A stretch of DNA of 64,000 nucleotides from an uncultured Candidatus Rokubacteria bacterium (GTDB lineage: Bacteria > Methylomirabilota > Methylomirabilia > Rokubacteriales > CSP1-6). The notes under the pieces are model-generated. The model ran no database searches. It was given only the letters and a program-made list of their open reading frames with translations, and was not told where the DNA came from. The translations under genes were made by a program, and so were the position numbers. The DNA is taken from NCBI GenBank assembly GCA_963789955.1, contig CAWBMV010000037.1, positions 64,001 through 128,000 of the forward strand, read 5' to 3'. The first letter of the stretch is position 1. Each line of letters opens with the position of its first letter. Below are positions 21,501 through 31,139 of the stretch, piece by piece.

Positions 21501-23459
21501 GTGGCTCGCGACTCGCTTTTTCCCCTCGCGTTACTAGGGATTTACGGCCTCGCCTTCGGCATCGCGGCGTTCGGCGCCGGGCCACCGGCCTTCGACGATC
21601 ATCCTGGCCAGCTCTATCGTCTGTGGCACGTGATCGCGCGCGGTCCGGCGCCGTGGGCGTGGAATCCAGACTGGTGGGCGGGCTATCCCGAAATGCAGTT
21701 CTATCCGCCGGGCTTCGCCTACCTGGGCGCGCTTCTGCAGCGCGCCTCCGTCAACTCGTTGTCGGTGGCCACCGTGTACCAGATGATCGTCTGGATCTCC
21801 TATCTGGCGCCGGGCCTGACGACGTTTCTCGCGCTCGCGCGCGTGCTCCGGAGCGGCTGGCTCGCGCTGCCCGGCGCGTTCGTCGCCCTGACGCTCTCGG
21901 TCGGCGTCAGCAGCGGCGTCGAGGGCGGCGTGCACATCGGGATGCTCGGCGCGCGACTCGCGTGGGCGCTGATCCCGCTCCTGCTCCTGACGCTCGTGCC
22001 GTGGATCGAGGATGGCGGCCGGCCTTCGGGAGGCTCGGCGCTCGTCATCGCGGCGATCGTGCTGACTCACCCGGCGGCGCTGCCGGCCGCGGTCACCTTG
22101 ATCGTGGTCGGCGCGGTCGTGCGTCCGCCGCGACGCGCCCGGCTCGCCGGCGCGCTCCTGACCCTGGCGGTCGCCGCGGCGCTGACGGCGTTCTGGACCG
22201 TGCCGCTCGTGTTTCGGCTCGAGAACACGCGCGCGCTCGCGTGGGGCGAGGCGCCCTCGATCGGTGGCTTCGGCCTCGGAGTCGCGCTTCTCGCGCTGAT
22301 CGGTCTCGTGCGCGCCCGCGGCGCCGGCGCCGGTGGTCTGGTCATCGCGCTGTTTCCCTGGGCGATGGCGCTCGTCGTCACCGTCGATCGGTTCGTGCTC
22401 GAGCCGCTCGGCCTGCGCTGGCTCCCGGCCAACCGGGTGGTCGACGGCGCCTGGATCGCGTTCGTGCTCGCGGCGGCGCTCGGCTGGTCCGGTGCGCGCA
22501 ACGCGCCGTCGCCGCCCGTTTTGGAAACCGATGCGGAGCCGAGCGCCCGGTTCCCCCGTCGCGAGATCGCGATCGCGCTGGCGGCCGTGCTCCTTGCCGT
22601 CGTCGTCGCCTGGCCCGGCCAGCGAACGCTCACGCTCTGGCCCCGGGCGGCCGCCTGGCCGTCCCTGGCGGCGATCGAGCGCGGGCTCAGACTCACCGAT
22701 CTGTGGACCGCGTTGCGCTCGGCGCCCCCGGGCCGCGTCCTGTTCGTGAGATCGTCGGTGCCACTCGTCTATGGATCGCAGGGGGGATCGCAAGGGCCGC
22801 GGGAGTGGTATCGCCCTCACACGCACGTGACCGCGCTGGCTCCCGTGTTCTCCGGGCGAGCGATCGTCAACGGCACGTTCACGCACCCCTCGCCGATCGC
22901 CGCGCTGGCGTACCGTGGTGACGCAGGGCCCGGGCCGATCACCCGGCTGGTCGAGCAGCTCGACGGCGTTTCGCTCTTCGGCCGCGCCCTGGGCGCGCTC
23001 GACGCAGAGACCTTCAATCGCTATGCGGACCGCCTCGGCATCAGCGTCGTCGTGGCGCTCGACGAAGACGCGCCGCACCTCGGCTTCCTCGACGACAATC
23101 GCGCCTTCGCCCGACGTGAGGCGCTCGAGCCGTTTCTGCTCTACGCGCGCCGTGAGGCCGTGGCGCTGCCGCGCGCCGTCGCGCCCGGCCGCTGGACCAT
23201 CACCCTCACGGCCGCTCGCGATCCCTGGGTGACGACGCGCATGGCGTACTATCCGCTCTGGCACGCCCGCATCGAAGGCGTGCCGATGCAGACGCGCAGA
23301 GGAGCCGACGGCGACCTCGAGGTGAAGCTGGACGCGGGAGGCACGCGAGCGGTCGAGCTGGACTATCGCGCGGGCGCGCCGGAGATCGCCGGCGTGGTCG
23401 TGACCGTGCTGGGGCTCGTCGGTCTGGTCGTATTCAGGCGCCGCGGACAGGCCGCCTAG
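21501..23459 (+). CDS. Polytopic membrane protein (PTPS-related / GT-C-like fold)
   Basis: N-terminal TM then DDHPG...WNPDWWAGYPEMQFYPPG, many TM segments, C-terminal YYPLW domain. Confidence 0.7.
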   Translation: MARDSLFPLALLGIYGLAFGIAAFGAGPPAFDDHPGQLYRLWHVIARGPAPWAWNPDWWAGYPEMQFYPPGFAYLGALLQRASVNSLSVATVYQMIVWISYLAPGLTTFLALARVLRSGWLALPGAFVALTLSVGVSSGVEGGVHIGMLGARLAWALIPLLLLTLVPWIEDGGRPSGGSALVIAAIVLTHPAALPAAVTLIVVGAVVRPPRRARLAGALLTLAVAAALTAFWTVPLVFRLENTRALAWGEAPSIGGFGLGVALLALIGLVRARGAGAGGLVIALFPWAMALVVTVDRFVLEPLGLRWLPANRVVDGAWIAFVLAAALGWSGARNAPSPPVLETDAEPSARFPRREIAIALAAVLLAVVVAWPGQRTLTLWPRAAAWPSLAAIERGLRLTDLWTALRSAPPGRVLFVRSSVPLVYGSQGGSQGPREWYRPHTHVTALAPVFSGRAIVNGTFTHPSPIAALAYRGDAGPGPITRLVEQLDGVSLFGRALGALDAETFNRYADRLGISVVVALDEDAPHLGFLDDNRAFARREALEPFLLYARREAVALPRAVAPGRWTITLTAARDPWVTTRMAYYPLWHARIEGVPMQTRRGADGDLEVKLDAGGTRAVELDYRAGAPEIAGVVVTVLGLVGLVVFRRRGQAA

Positions 23460-23469
23460 GCGCGAGATC

Positions 23470-24234
23470 GTGGACAGTCACACCGGACTGTTGCTCTTCG
23501 CCGCCGGGCTCGCGGGCGGCATCGTCACCGCGATGGTCGGCGGCGCCTCGCTGATCTGCTTTCCCGCGCTGCTCGCGGCCGGTTTGCCGCCGATCGTGGC
23601 CAACGCGTCGAGCACCGTGGCGCTGACGCCCGGCAACCTCGTGGCCGGGTTCGCCGATCTGGAGCGGATGCCGCGCTGGGACCGAGCGTTCGCAAGCCTG
23701 GCGCTGATCGCCGTCGCGGGAAGCGTGGCCGGCGCGGCGCTCTTGCTGGCGACACCGGAGAAGGCGTTCACCGCCGTCGTACCGGTGCTCATCGGGTTCG
23801 CGACGATCCTGTTCGCGCTATCCGGCCGGATCAGGCTCTGGATTCTTTCCCGCACCGCCGATCGCGCCCCCTCGACGGGCTTGAGCAGTCTTTTGTTCGC
23901 GCCCGTCGCGGTGTACGGCGGCTACTTCGGCGCGGGGATGAGCGTGATGATCCTGGCGATCCTGTCCGTGAGCCGGGCCGACGAGTTCCGCACTGCCAAC
24001 GTGATCAAGAATCTTCTGTCGGGGCTGACGAGCTTCGTCGCGGTCGTCGTCTTCGTACTCCGGGGCGTGGTCGCCTGGCCGCCGGCGCTCCTGGTCATGG
24101 GCGGCGCCGTCATCGGCGGATTCCTCGGCGGACGCCTCGCGCGCGTGCTCCCGCCCGAGGCGATGCGCTGGATCGTCATCACCGTCGGCACGGTGTTGAC
24201 GGTGGTCTACGCCTACCGCTACTGGCTAGCTTAG
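23470..24234 (+). CDS. TauE/SafE-family sulfite exporter-like membrane protein
   Basis: GGASLICFPALL, ANASST, YGGYFGAGMSV, NVIKN. Confidence 0.88.
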   Translation: MDSHTGLLLFAAGLAGGIVTAMVGGASLICFPALLAAGLPPIVANASSTVALTPGNLVAGFADLERMPRWDRAFASLALIAVAGSVAGAALLLATPEKAFTAVVPVLIGFATILFALSGRIRLWILSRTADRAPSTGLSSLLFAPVAVYGGYFGAGMSVMILAILSVSRADEFRTANVIKNLLSGLTSFVAVVVFVLRGVVAWPPALLVMGGAVIGGFLGGRLARVLPPEAMRWIVITVGTVLTVVYAYRYWLA

Positions 24235-24639
24235 CCGGCGAGCGCGGCCGCTCCCGCGTCGGAGCATTCCTGGTCTTGCTCGCCAGTGCCGCCGCCGCAG
24301 CCGATGGCGCCGATAACTCGGCCGCCGCGCTGGATCGGCGAGCCGACCGAGCGTCGGCAGGATCTGGCCCTGGAGGACCGTCGGCACGATGGACCAGAAA
24401 CCGCCCTTGGCGACGAGATCGGCGAGCTCGGCGGTGCGCTTCTTGAACGATGCAGCCGCCATCGCCTTGGCTCGCGACGTCTCCGGGCTGAAGAAGCCGG
24501 TGCCGTCTCCGCGGGCGCTCAGCACCAGGCGGCCGGCTTCGTCGACGACCGTGACGGTCATCGGCGACCGGAGCGCGCGCGCCTTGGCCTGCGCGGCCTT
24601 CACCGCGGTTTCCGCCATCTCGAGCGTCATGTCGATCAT
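24231..24639 (-). CDS. GlcG/HbpS-family heme-binding protein, frameshift near 24345
   Basis: VTVVDEAGRLV, SRAKAMAA, then GRVIGAIGCGGGTGEQDQECSDAG* in the shifted frame. Confidence 0.85.
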
Positions 24640-24653
24640 CGCGTTTTTCCTTT

Positions 24654-24778
24654 TATAGGCTCGCCTCGGCCGGCGGGGCCCCAGCCCCACGACGGCCTGC
24701 AGCTCACACGGCTATAGGCTCGCCTCGGCCGGCGGGGCCCCAGCCCCGCGAAGGGCTGCGGCTCACACGGCGATAGGC
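24654..24778. repeat. 59-bp tandem repeat (two copies plus partial), repeat family B
   Basis: Units start TATAGGCTCGCCTCGGCCGGCGGGGCCCCAGCCCC at 24654 and 24713; partial GATAGGC at 24772. Confidence 0.92.
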
Positions 24779-24784
24779 CGCCAG

Positions 24785-25696
24785 CTAAACCATCGGGTCG
24801 TAGTTGAAGTATTGTCCCGAGGTGACGTGCGGCACGAGGTGGTGCTGCAGAGTGCCCGGGAACACCTCGGCGAAGCTTTCGGGCGTCCAGCCGTCGGAAT
24901 TGTGCACGCGCATGATCGGACGCTCGTGGCTGAACAGCATGATCTCCTTGCCGCGCACTCCGAAAACCTGACCGTTGACGTCGCGGGCCGCGTCGCTCGC
25001 CAGGAACACCGCGACCGGCGCGATGTGGGCGGGCGAGAGCTTCTTGATCTTCTCCACGCGCGCCTTCTGCGTCTCGGTCTCGGTCGGGATCGTGCCGATC
25101 ATCCGCGTCCACGCGAACGGCGAGATGCAGTTGGCCGTGACGTTGTAGCGGCCCATGTCGAGCGCCGTCGCCTTGGTGAGCCCGAAGATGCCGAGCTTGG
25201 CGGCGGCGTAGTTCGCCTGGCCCACGTTGCCGATGAGCCCCGAGGTCGACGTCATGTTGACGATCCGTCCCCCCTTCTGCTCGCGCATGAGGGGCGCCGC
25301 GGCGCGGGTCACGGCGAAGGTGCCCTTGAGGTGGGTATTGATGACCGCGTCCCATTCCTCCTCGGTCATATTGAAGATCATGCGGTCCCGAAGGATCCCG
25401 GCGTTGTTGACGATGATGTCGACTCGCCCGAAGGTGTCGACGGCCTTCTTGACGATCGCCTGGCCGCCGGCCATCGAGGCGACCGAATCGTAGTTCGCGA
25501 CGGCCTTGCCGCCGGCCTTCGCGATCTCGCTCACGACCTCGTCCGCCGGCGCGTTCTCGCCGCCGCTGCCGGCCGCCGAGCCGCCGTAGTCGTTCACCAC
25601 CACTTGCGCCCCGTGCCGCGCCATCAGAAGGGCGATCTCGCGGCCGATACCGCGTCCCGCCCCCGTGACCACCGCTACCTTACCCTTGAGCATCAT
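24785..25696 (-). CDS. SDR oxidoreductase (hydroxyacyl-CoA dehydrogenase-like)
   Basis: TGAGRGIG, NNAGILRD, YAAAK. Confidence 0.92.
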   Translation of the reverse strand: MMLKGKVAVVTGAGRGIGREIALLMARHGAQVVVNDYGGSAAGSGGENAPADEVVSEIAKAGGKAVANYDSVASMAGGQAIVKKAVDTFGRVDIIVNNAGILRDRMIFNMTEEEWDAVINTHLKGTFAVTRAAAPLMREQKGGRIVNMTSTSGLIGNVGQANYAAAKLGIFGLTKATALDMGRYNVTANCISPFAWTRMIGTIPTETETQKARVEKIKKLSPAHIAPVAVFLASDAARDVNGQVFGVRGKEIMLFSHERPIMRVHNSDGWTPESFAEVFPGTLQHHLVPHVTSGQYFNYDPMV

Positions 25697-25783
25697 GGGC
25701 GTTCCCTCCGGTCCCAGAGTCAGAAGCCCGACGACGATAGCACAGTCATCGGCGCGCCGAGATCTGGGAGCGGCGGAAGCGGG

Positions 25784-26584
25784 TCAGGTCCGCCGCGAGT
25801 CGAGCGCGGCGACGAACGCGGCGGAGAAGACGAAGACGACCGCTGAATAGTAGACGAACATCGCGAAGGCGACGAGGACCGCCAGCGGGCCGTAGATCTC
25901 GTTGTAGAGGCTCACCCGCTGGATGTAAAAGCGAAAGAGCTGCTTCGCGATTTCCCAGAGCACGCTGGCCAGCACCGCCCCCGCCAGCGCCGGCCCCACC
26001 CTCACCTGCCGGCGCGGCACGTACCGGTAGGCGCAATAGAACATCACGGTGGAGAGGGCGAGGCTCAACGGCAGCGCCGCGAGCGCGAACCAGCGCGGCG
26101 GGACCGGCAGCGAGTTCAGCGCGAGCGCTCGGAACCCGTGATAGAGCCAGGTCATCGTGCTGACGGTGAAGAGCAGCAGGCTCAGCAGCAGCGCCATCCA
26201 GCTGTCGCGCACCAGATTGCGCAGGAAGCCGCCGTCGCCGCGCACGCCGAGGAGACGGTGCAGGATGAGTCGTGAGGCGCTGAGGACCGGCGTCGAGAAC
26301 ACCACGAGGGCCGCCGTGCCCAGGACACCCGACGCGGTGCGCGTCTGGACGATTCGAAGCAGGACCCGAGCAATCTGCCCCTGATAGACCGGAAACTGCT
26401 CGGCCAGCTGGCCGACGACGTGCCGCGCCGCCTCCTCGCCCGACAGCACGAAGCCGACCAGCGAGACACCGAGGAGGAGCTGCGGGATCAAGCACACCAG
26501 GAAGAAGAACGCGAGGCCGGCGCTCATGAAGAACCCGTCGGCGGCGATGAAGCGCGAGACAGCCCCTCGCGGGCCGGCGGTCAC
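25784..26584 (-). CDS. YihY/BrkB-family membrane protein
   Basis: SAGLAFFFLVCLIP, YRYVP, WEIAK, IYGPL. Confidence 0.85.
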   Translation of the reverse strand: MTAGPRGAVSRFIAADGFFMSAGLAFFFLVCLIPQLLLGVSLVGFVLSGEEAARHVVGQLAEQFPVYQGQIARVLLRIVQTRTASGVLGTAALVVFSTPVLSASRLILHRLLGVRGDGGFLRNLVRDSWMALLLSLLLFTVSTMTWLYHGFRALALNSLPVPPRWFALAALPLSLALSTVMFYCAYRYVPRRQVRVGPALAGAVLASVLWEIAKQLFRFYIQRVSLYNEIYGPLAVLVAFAMFVYYSAVVFVFSAAFVAALDSRRT

Positions 26585-27487
26585 AACTGGCGGTAGAAGT
26601 GGGCGCGATCGCCCCCCTTCACCTCGAACCGGCGCATCTTCTTGTCGCGCATCACTTCGAACGTCAGCGCATCGCCCGGCTCGTGACGCCAGAGGCTCGT
26701 GTAGAGATCGCGACGGCTCCCGACTTCTTCGGCGTTGAGCGAGACGATCACGTCGCCCTCCTGCAGCCCGCCTCGATCACCCGGCCCGTCGGGCACCACA
26801 CCGGCGACGACCACGCCCTCCTCGATCACCTGCGCGAACACGCCGAGCCACGCGCGGCGCGGACGGCTCACGACCCGCCCGTAGCGCATCATCTCGTCGC
26901 GATGGTTCCGGTAGAAATCGGTCGGAATCGCCAGGGAGCTGCGGGAGATCTCGTTGAGGTTGAGGGACACGGTCCCGGCGAGGCGACCGTTCGTCGTGAA
27001 GAGCCCGCCGCCGCCGTAGCCCGGGTTCGGAGCATTGGAGATGATGGCGCGGTCGAGCATGTACTCCCAGTACGCCTCGAACTCACCGACGTACGTGACG
27101 AACCCGCCGGTGGCGCACCGCTCTTGCGGTTGTTTGGCGCCGAGCAGCACCACCTCTTCGGACCGCTCGACAGAGCTCACCCGTGCCGACTTCCGCCGCG
27201 ATGAGCCCCTGCCGATTCACCTTGATCAGCGCGAGGCCGACCTCGAAGTCCTGGGCGACGAGCTCGGCCTTCGCGCGGCGCCCCTTCTGGAAGGCGACCG
27301 AGAGCGACTGGCCGCCCATCACCACATAGTTGACGGTCAGGATGAGCCCCGAAGAATCCACCACGACGCCGCTCCCGAGCCGTTCGTTGCCGAGGATCTT
27401 CGTCGACGGATGCTCGCGCGAGACGGTGGTGTGGATGTACACGATGCTCTGCAGGAGATGACGGACCAGCTCGACGGATGTGTCCAT
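26581..27487 (-). CDS. S1C/HtrA-like peptidase-family protein with PDZ domain, frameshifted near 27130-27180
   Basis: ERLGSGVVVD..GLILTVNYV; NPGYGGGGLF; PDZ GPGDRGGLQEGDVI. Canonical catalytic His and Ser are not evident. Confidence 0.75.
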
Positions 27488-27496
27488 GGTCGGCGG

Positions 27497-28342
27497 CTAC
27501 TTGCCCTTCAAATGATAGCCGAAGAACTCGGCGACCCGGCGCCGCGAGTCCGCAAAAGCTCCGGCGTCGAAGGCGACGGTGGCGCCGCAGCACTCGTTCG
27601 GCTTGTTGTGGTTGGCCACCTGGGCCAGGTACTCCCGAGGCTGACCGATGACGTCGAAATAATGATACGCCTGCGGATAGAGGACGATGCTCGCGTCCGC
27701 GCCGCGGCGCCGCATCGCCTCGACCATCTCGACGCAGGGGCCGGGCGCCGTCCAGTCATCCGCGTCGCCGATCATCACCAGCAGGGGGCGGACCACCAGC
27801 TCCTGCACCAGCGAGTAGCAGCCGCCGGGGTAGAAGCCGATCGATGCGCGAAAGCCCGGCTCGGGCAGCACGACACCGCGCTTTTTCGCGCGCTCGAGAC
27901 TCGGCCCGTTGATCACGGAGAGGGCGAACACGCCGCCGTTCGACCAGCCGATCGCGCCCACCCGCGCGGGATCGACGTAGGGACGGCTCTGCAAGTAGCG
28001 CAGCGCGCCCATCGCGTCGTCGAATCGCTCCGTGTTCGGGACATCGGGCAAGCTCGGGTCGCACGTCTTGCCGACGCGGCGAGGCGTCCAGCTGTCGAGC
28101 AGCAGGGCGACGTAGCCCTGATCACGGAACCAGCGCGACCACTCGTGATTCGACTCGAATATTCCGGCGCAGCCGTGCAGGAGGACGACGGCGGGAAACC
28201 GGCCGGGGCCGTCGGGGCGCAGCTCCCATCCGGGCACGGTGAGCGGCTTGCCCGGGGTCGCGTTCGGAATCGACACGGTCGTCGTGGCGCAGCCGGTGAG
28301 AACGATCGCGGCAAGAAGCACCGACACCGCGCGTCGGAGCAT
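27497..28342 (-). CDS. Dienelactone hydrolase-family lipoprotein
   Basis: Lipobox LTGC, VLLHGCAG, GWSNGG, GDADDW, AYHYFD. Confidence 0.88.
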   Translation of the reverse strand: MLRRAVSVLLAAIVLTGCATTTVSIPNATPGKPLTVPGWELRPDGPGRFPAVVLLHGCAGIFESNHEWSRWFRDQGYVALLLDSWTPRRVGKTCDPSLPDVPNTERFDDAMGALRYLQSRPYVDPARVGAIGWSNGGVFALSVINGPSLERAKKRGVVLPEPGFRASIGFYPGGCYSLVQELVVRPLLVMIGDADDWTAPGPCVEMVEAMRRRGADASIVLYPQAYHYFDVIGQPREYLAQVANHNKPNECCGATVAFDAGAFADSRRRVAEFFGYHLKGK

Positions 28343-28594
28343 GAATCGAGCATACACCGGGCCCAACGCCGCGCCATAAAACGAACCGCGGGGCGAGATT
28401 CCCGTGGCGTTCGGCATACGGCTCGGAGACCCTCGTCGCAGGCATGATCGACACGGAACGGTACCTCTTACGTCGCCCTGCTCGAGGCCGTCGAGGACGT
28501 CGAGATGCGGCGATCGCTCGCCCCTCCGCCATCGCGCGGCGTGCGGCTGGCGACGATTGCGCGCTGATCGGCGATCGAGGTCACGTGCCGACGC

Positions 28595-29158
28595 CCGAGG
28601 GCCGCGAATGCGGGCGAGGACCTTCGGGTCCTCCGGCTTCTTCGTGACGACAATCAGACGGACGCCGCCCGCGATGGGCTCCGTCCGCGCCGACCACTCC
28701 GACATACGGTCCAGCTCGACCGCGTGCGGTACCACCATCGCGCGGATGGCCTGCGCCGTCCGCCCCGTGCTCGTGACCTCCATGGCGAGGCCGCCGGGGA
28801 CCCACGTCGGCTTGACCGCCGACCGCAGCATGACCTCGTTCATGTCGATGAGATGCTGGCGCAGGCGCTCGATGTCGACCTTGCTCCAGTCAGTGGCGGG
28901 ATCGGTCTCGAGGATTCGGATGATCTCAGCAATCGCGCCGAACGCGTCCTGCCCGGGCATTGTGGGCGCCCCGCCGGTCATGCCCTGCATCGCGCGCATG
29001 TGCTCGGTGTGCATGTCAGCGCCGTGCGACGGCATCGATCCCTGGTCATGCGGCTGACCGGGCCCCGAAGGCGGCGGATACTGAGCGAACACGGTGTGCG
29101 CCACTACGGCGCCTGCTAGGGTGAGGCCGAGCACGATGGCCAGAGCTGCTCTCCACAT
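28595..29158 (-). CDS. Secreted His/Met-rich hypothetical protein; 3' end unresolved
   Basis: GGAGG RBS, signal peptide MWRAALAIVLGLTLAGA, HGADMHTEHMRAM, PGQDAFGAIAEI, DWSKVDIERLRQHLIDM. Confidence 0.7.
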
Positions 29159-29180
29159 GATTCCCTCCTGTCGAAGATCC

Positions 29181-29223
29181 AGTATGGAGAGCAAAGAGGG
29201 CCGAATCTATGACTTAAGTCACA
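29181..29223 (-). promoter_or_regulatory. CRP/FNR-type box with -10 in class II geometry
   Basis: Minus strand TGTGA-CTTAAG-TCATA at 29223-29208; -10 CATACT at 29186-29181 puts the box centre at -41.5. Confidence 0.65.
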
Positions 29224-29660
29224 CTTCGCCGCCGCGTGCTGCGTCCTCAACGCCCCGGGCGAGGGCGACGAGACGAGCCGGATCACGGATGATCACGTGA
29301 GATCGGTCGCGTGCGATGATCCCGCGGCTCTCCAGGAGCGAGAAGGCGCGTGCGACCAGCTCGCGGACTGTGCCGAGCCGGGCCGCGAGCTGGGCGTGGG
29401 TCAGCGGAATGTCGACTCGAGCGCCGGGCTTGACCGGCCCCCCAACGGCCGTCTCCAGATAGTGGGCTACGCGCTCGGTCACCGGATGAAAGGCGAGGTC
29501 GCTGACGATGCTTGCGAAGTGTCGGACTCGGCGCGCCATCGTCTTGAGCATCGCGAGTGCGACGGCCGGGCGCCGGTGACAGAGCGCGAGCACTTCGGGG
29601 CGCGCGATTTCCGCTGCCGAGGGTACAGCGGCGCGGCCACGGCGACGCAGTTCGAATAGG
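29219..29660 (-). pseudogene. C-terminal half of a Crp/Fnr-family regulator
   Basis: YSNCVAV..., LSDLAF-type SDLAFHPVTERVAHYL, HTH LTHAQLAARLGTVRELVARAFSLL; no N-terminus or start codon. Confidence 0.75.
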
Positions 29661-30156
29661 CCAGCAGAACGAGCATGGCCGGTACGCGCGGCTGGCTGAG
29701 GAGGAGGAACGTGAGGACCATCGCCGGGACCGCCACCAGCGCCCCCCGTTGCATGAGGCCGACTCCTTCGAGGATGAAGCTGAGGCCGAGGCCGAGAACG
29801 ATCCCTCGCACGACGGGACGGCTGGTGAGTGCCGCCAGCCAGGACACGGCGCCGCTGATCCCCATGCCGAACCAGAAGATGCCCGTGATGACGGCGGACG
29901 CGAAGATCGCGCCGGGCGTGGCCATCTGGGGCTGGGTGACGGCGACCGTGGCGATGGCCTTCATCGGCTGCACCGGCATCGGCGTGCGGAAGTAAAGGCC
30001 GGTAGCCAGAGCGAGGAGCCCGAAGCCCAGGAGCACGCCTTGGGGATCGAGCCGGGCGATCGTGATGTAGCCGACGACGAACGGCACGAGCGTGCCGAGA
30101 TCGCCGAAGGCTCCGGCGAGCTCGGAGCGATCGAATCGATTGCCGCCGAGGTTCAC
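29660..30156 (-). pseudogene. N-terminal part of a MOT1-family molybdate/sulfate transporter
   Basis: ELAGAFGDLGTLVP, PMPVQPMKAIA, VVRGIVLGLGL; only about 165 aa before the sequence switches to Crp-type. Confidence 0.78.
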
Positions 30157-30515
30157 GCCCGCCGCGCCCTGAAGGCCGCGCCGTAGAGGTCATCGACCGC
30201 GCGGTCGAGACGGGCGCGGAAGGCGGAGTAGCGCTGGAGGAAGGTCCGAGCTGCGGGCGTAAGCATCGCGCCCCCGCGGTCGTTGCCGCCACGGGCGCGG
30301 GCGACGAGCGGCCGGCCGAAGGCCCGCTCGGCGTTCGTCACGTAGCCGAGCGCGTGCCGGTACGACCAGCCCACCTCCTCCGCGGCGGCACGGACGGAGC
30401 CCGTGGAGTCGATCGCGTAGAAGAGGGCGAGGCCGCCGTCGCCGAGCGCAAATCGTCGACCGTTCTCGAGCCAGACTTTGTGGCGGACTGCGAGCCGATG
30501 TTCTCGTCGAGGCAT
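30153..30515 (-). CDS. ModE-type winged-helix regulator (N-terminal domain only)
   Basis: HKVWLE, TGSVRAAAEEVGWSYRHA, RGGNDRGGAMLTP; start could be TTG 30554. Confidence 0.82.
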   Translation of the reverse strand: MPRREHRLAVRHKVWLENGRRFALGDGGLALFYAIDSTGSVRAAAEEVGWSYRHALGYVTNAERAFGRPLVARARGGNDRGGAMLTPAARTFLQRYSAFRARLDRAVDDLYGAAFRARRA

Positions 30516-30870
30516 ATCGGCGAGAGACTTATCATGGCGAGTCGGGCCGGTCAACAGCCCTGGCGGCGAGCCCGACGACTCACCCTGATATTCCCTCTTT
30601 CCACCCAGTCGCCCATCGCCACACGGCCTTGCTCATTTCGCTCCGGGACAACGGCGTGGGTGCGGAAGAAGAAGGTGCTCGCCGAGGTGAAGCGGACGCG
30701 CGAGCGCGGCCATTAGCGCCCTTCGCGCCGGTGCGCCGGCCCGGCGCATATTGCTCGATGATTGGCGCTGGAGGCCGCGCTCCCCGCGGCACCCGCGACG
30801 TAGACTGCCGAAGCGAGCGAGCTCGACTGCGGCGTGCCGCCCTGCTCGAGCTCGAGACGACGGAGGCGCT

Positions 30871-31005
30871 ATGGACACCTCGGGCCTGCCTGACGATCTC
30901 GATGTCGCGCTCGGCTTCTTCCACGGGACGATGTTCTCGTTGCCCCTGTGGGGACTCCTGCTCACGCTCTGGTATCTCCTGACCTCGCACGCGGGATATT
31001 CGTAG
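30871..31005 (+). CDS. Small membrane protein (44 aa)
   Basis: GGAGG RBS; MDTSGLPDDLDVALGFFHGTMFSLPLWGLLLTLWYLLTSHAGYS with one TM helix. Confidence 0.55.
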   Translation: MDTSGLPDDLDVALGFFHGTMFSLPLWGLLLTLWYLLTSHAGYS

Positions 31006-31023
31006 CCCAGAGCACAATCGAGG

Positions 31024-31052
31024 TTGAGCGGACACGCGCCGGCGCGTATTCT
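31024..31052 (+). promoter_or_regulatory. Sigma70 promoter for a leaderless transcript upstream of polB
   Basis: TTGAGC (31024-29), 17 nt, TATTCT (31047-52), 6 nt, ATG 31059. Confidence 0.55.
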
Positions 31053-31058
31053 GACGCC

Positions 31059-31136
31059 ATGACGACGCGGCGGCCGCTCGTCGGCCTCGCCGATCTCGAC
31101 GCCGGCCGCATCGCCGTTCCGGAGGTCTCCGCCTAG
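31059..31136 (+). CDS. Putative 25-aa leader ORF
   Basis: MTTRRPLVGLADLDAGRIAVPEVSA*; ends 3 nt before the polB GTG and contains its GGAGG. Confidence 0.35.
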   Translation: MTTRRPLVGLADLDAGRIAVPEVSA

Positions 31137-31139
31137 GGC

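Noticed and set aside
24654..24778. Tandem repeat as a CRISPR array
   Set aside because: The between-repeat segments are themselves near-identical, there are only two units, and no cas genes are present.
27497..29194. 565-aa fusion of the His/Met-rich protein and the dienelactone hydrolase
   Set aside because: The linker is low-complexity Arg-rich non-coding-like sequence, and the hydrolase has its own -10, ATG (28342) and lipoprotein signal.
30580..30870. Gene in the spacer upstream of the ModE-like regulator
   Set aside because: Only a short fragment (...WVRKKKVLAEVKRTRERGH*) without a supported start or recognisable motif.
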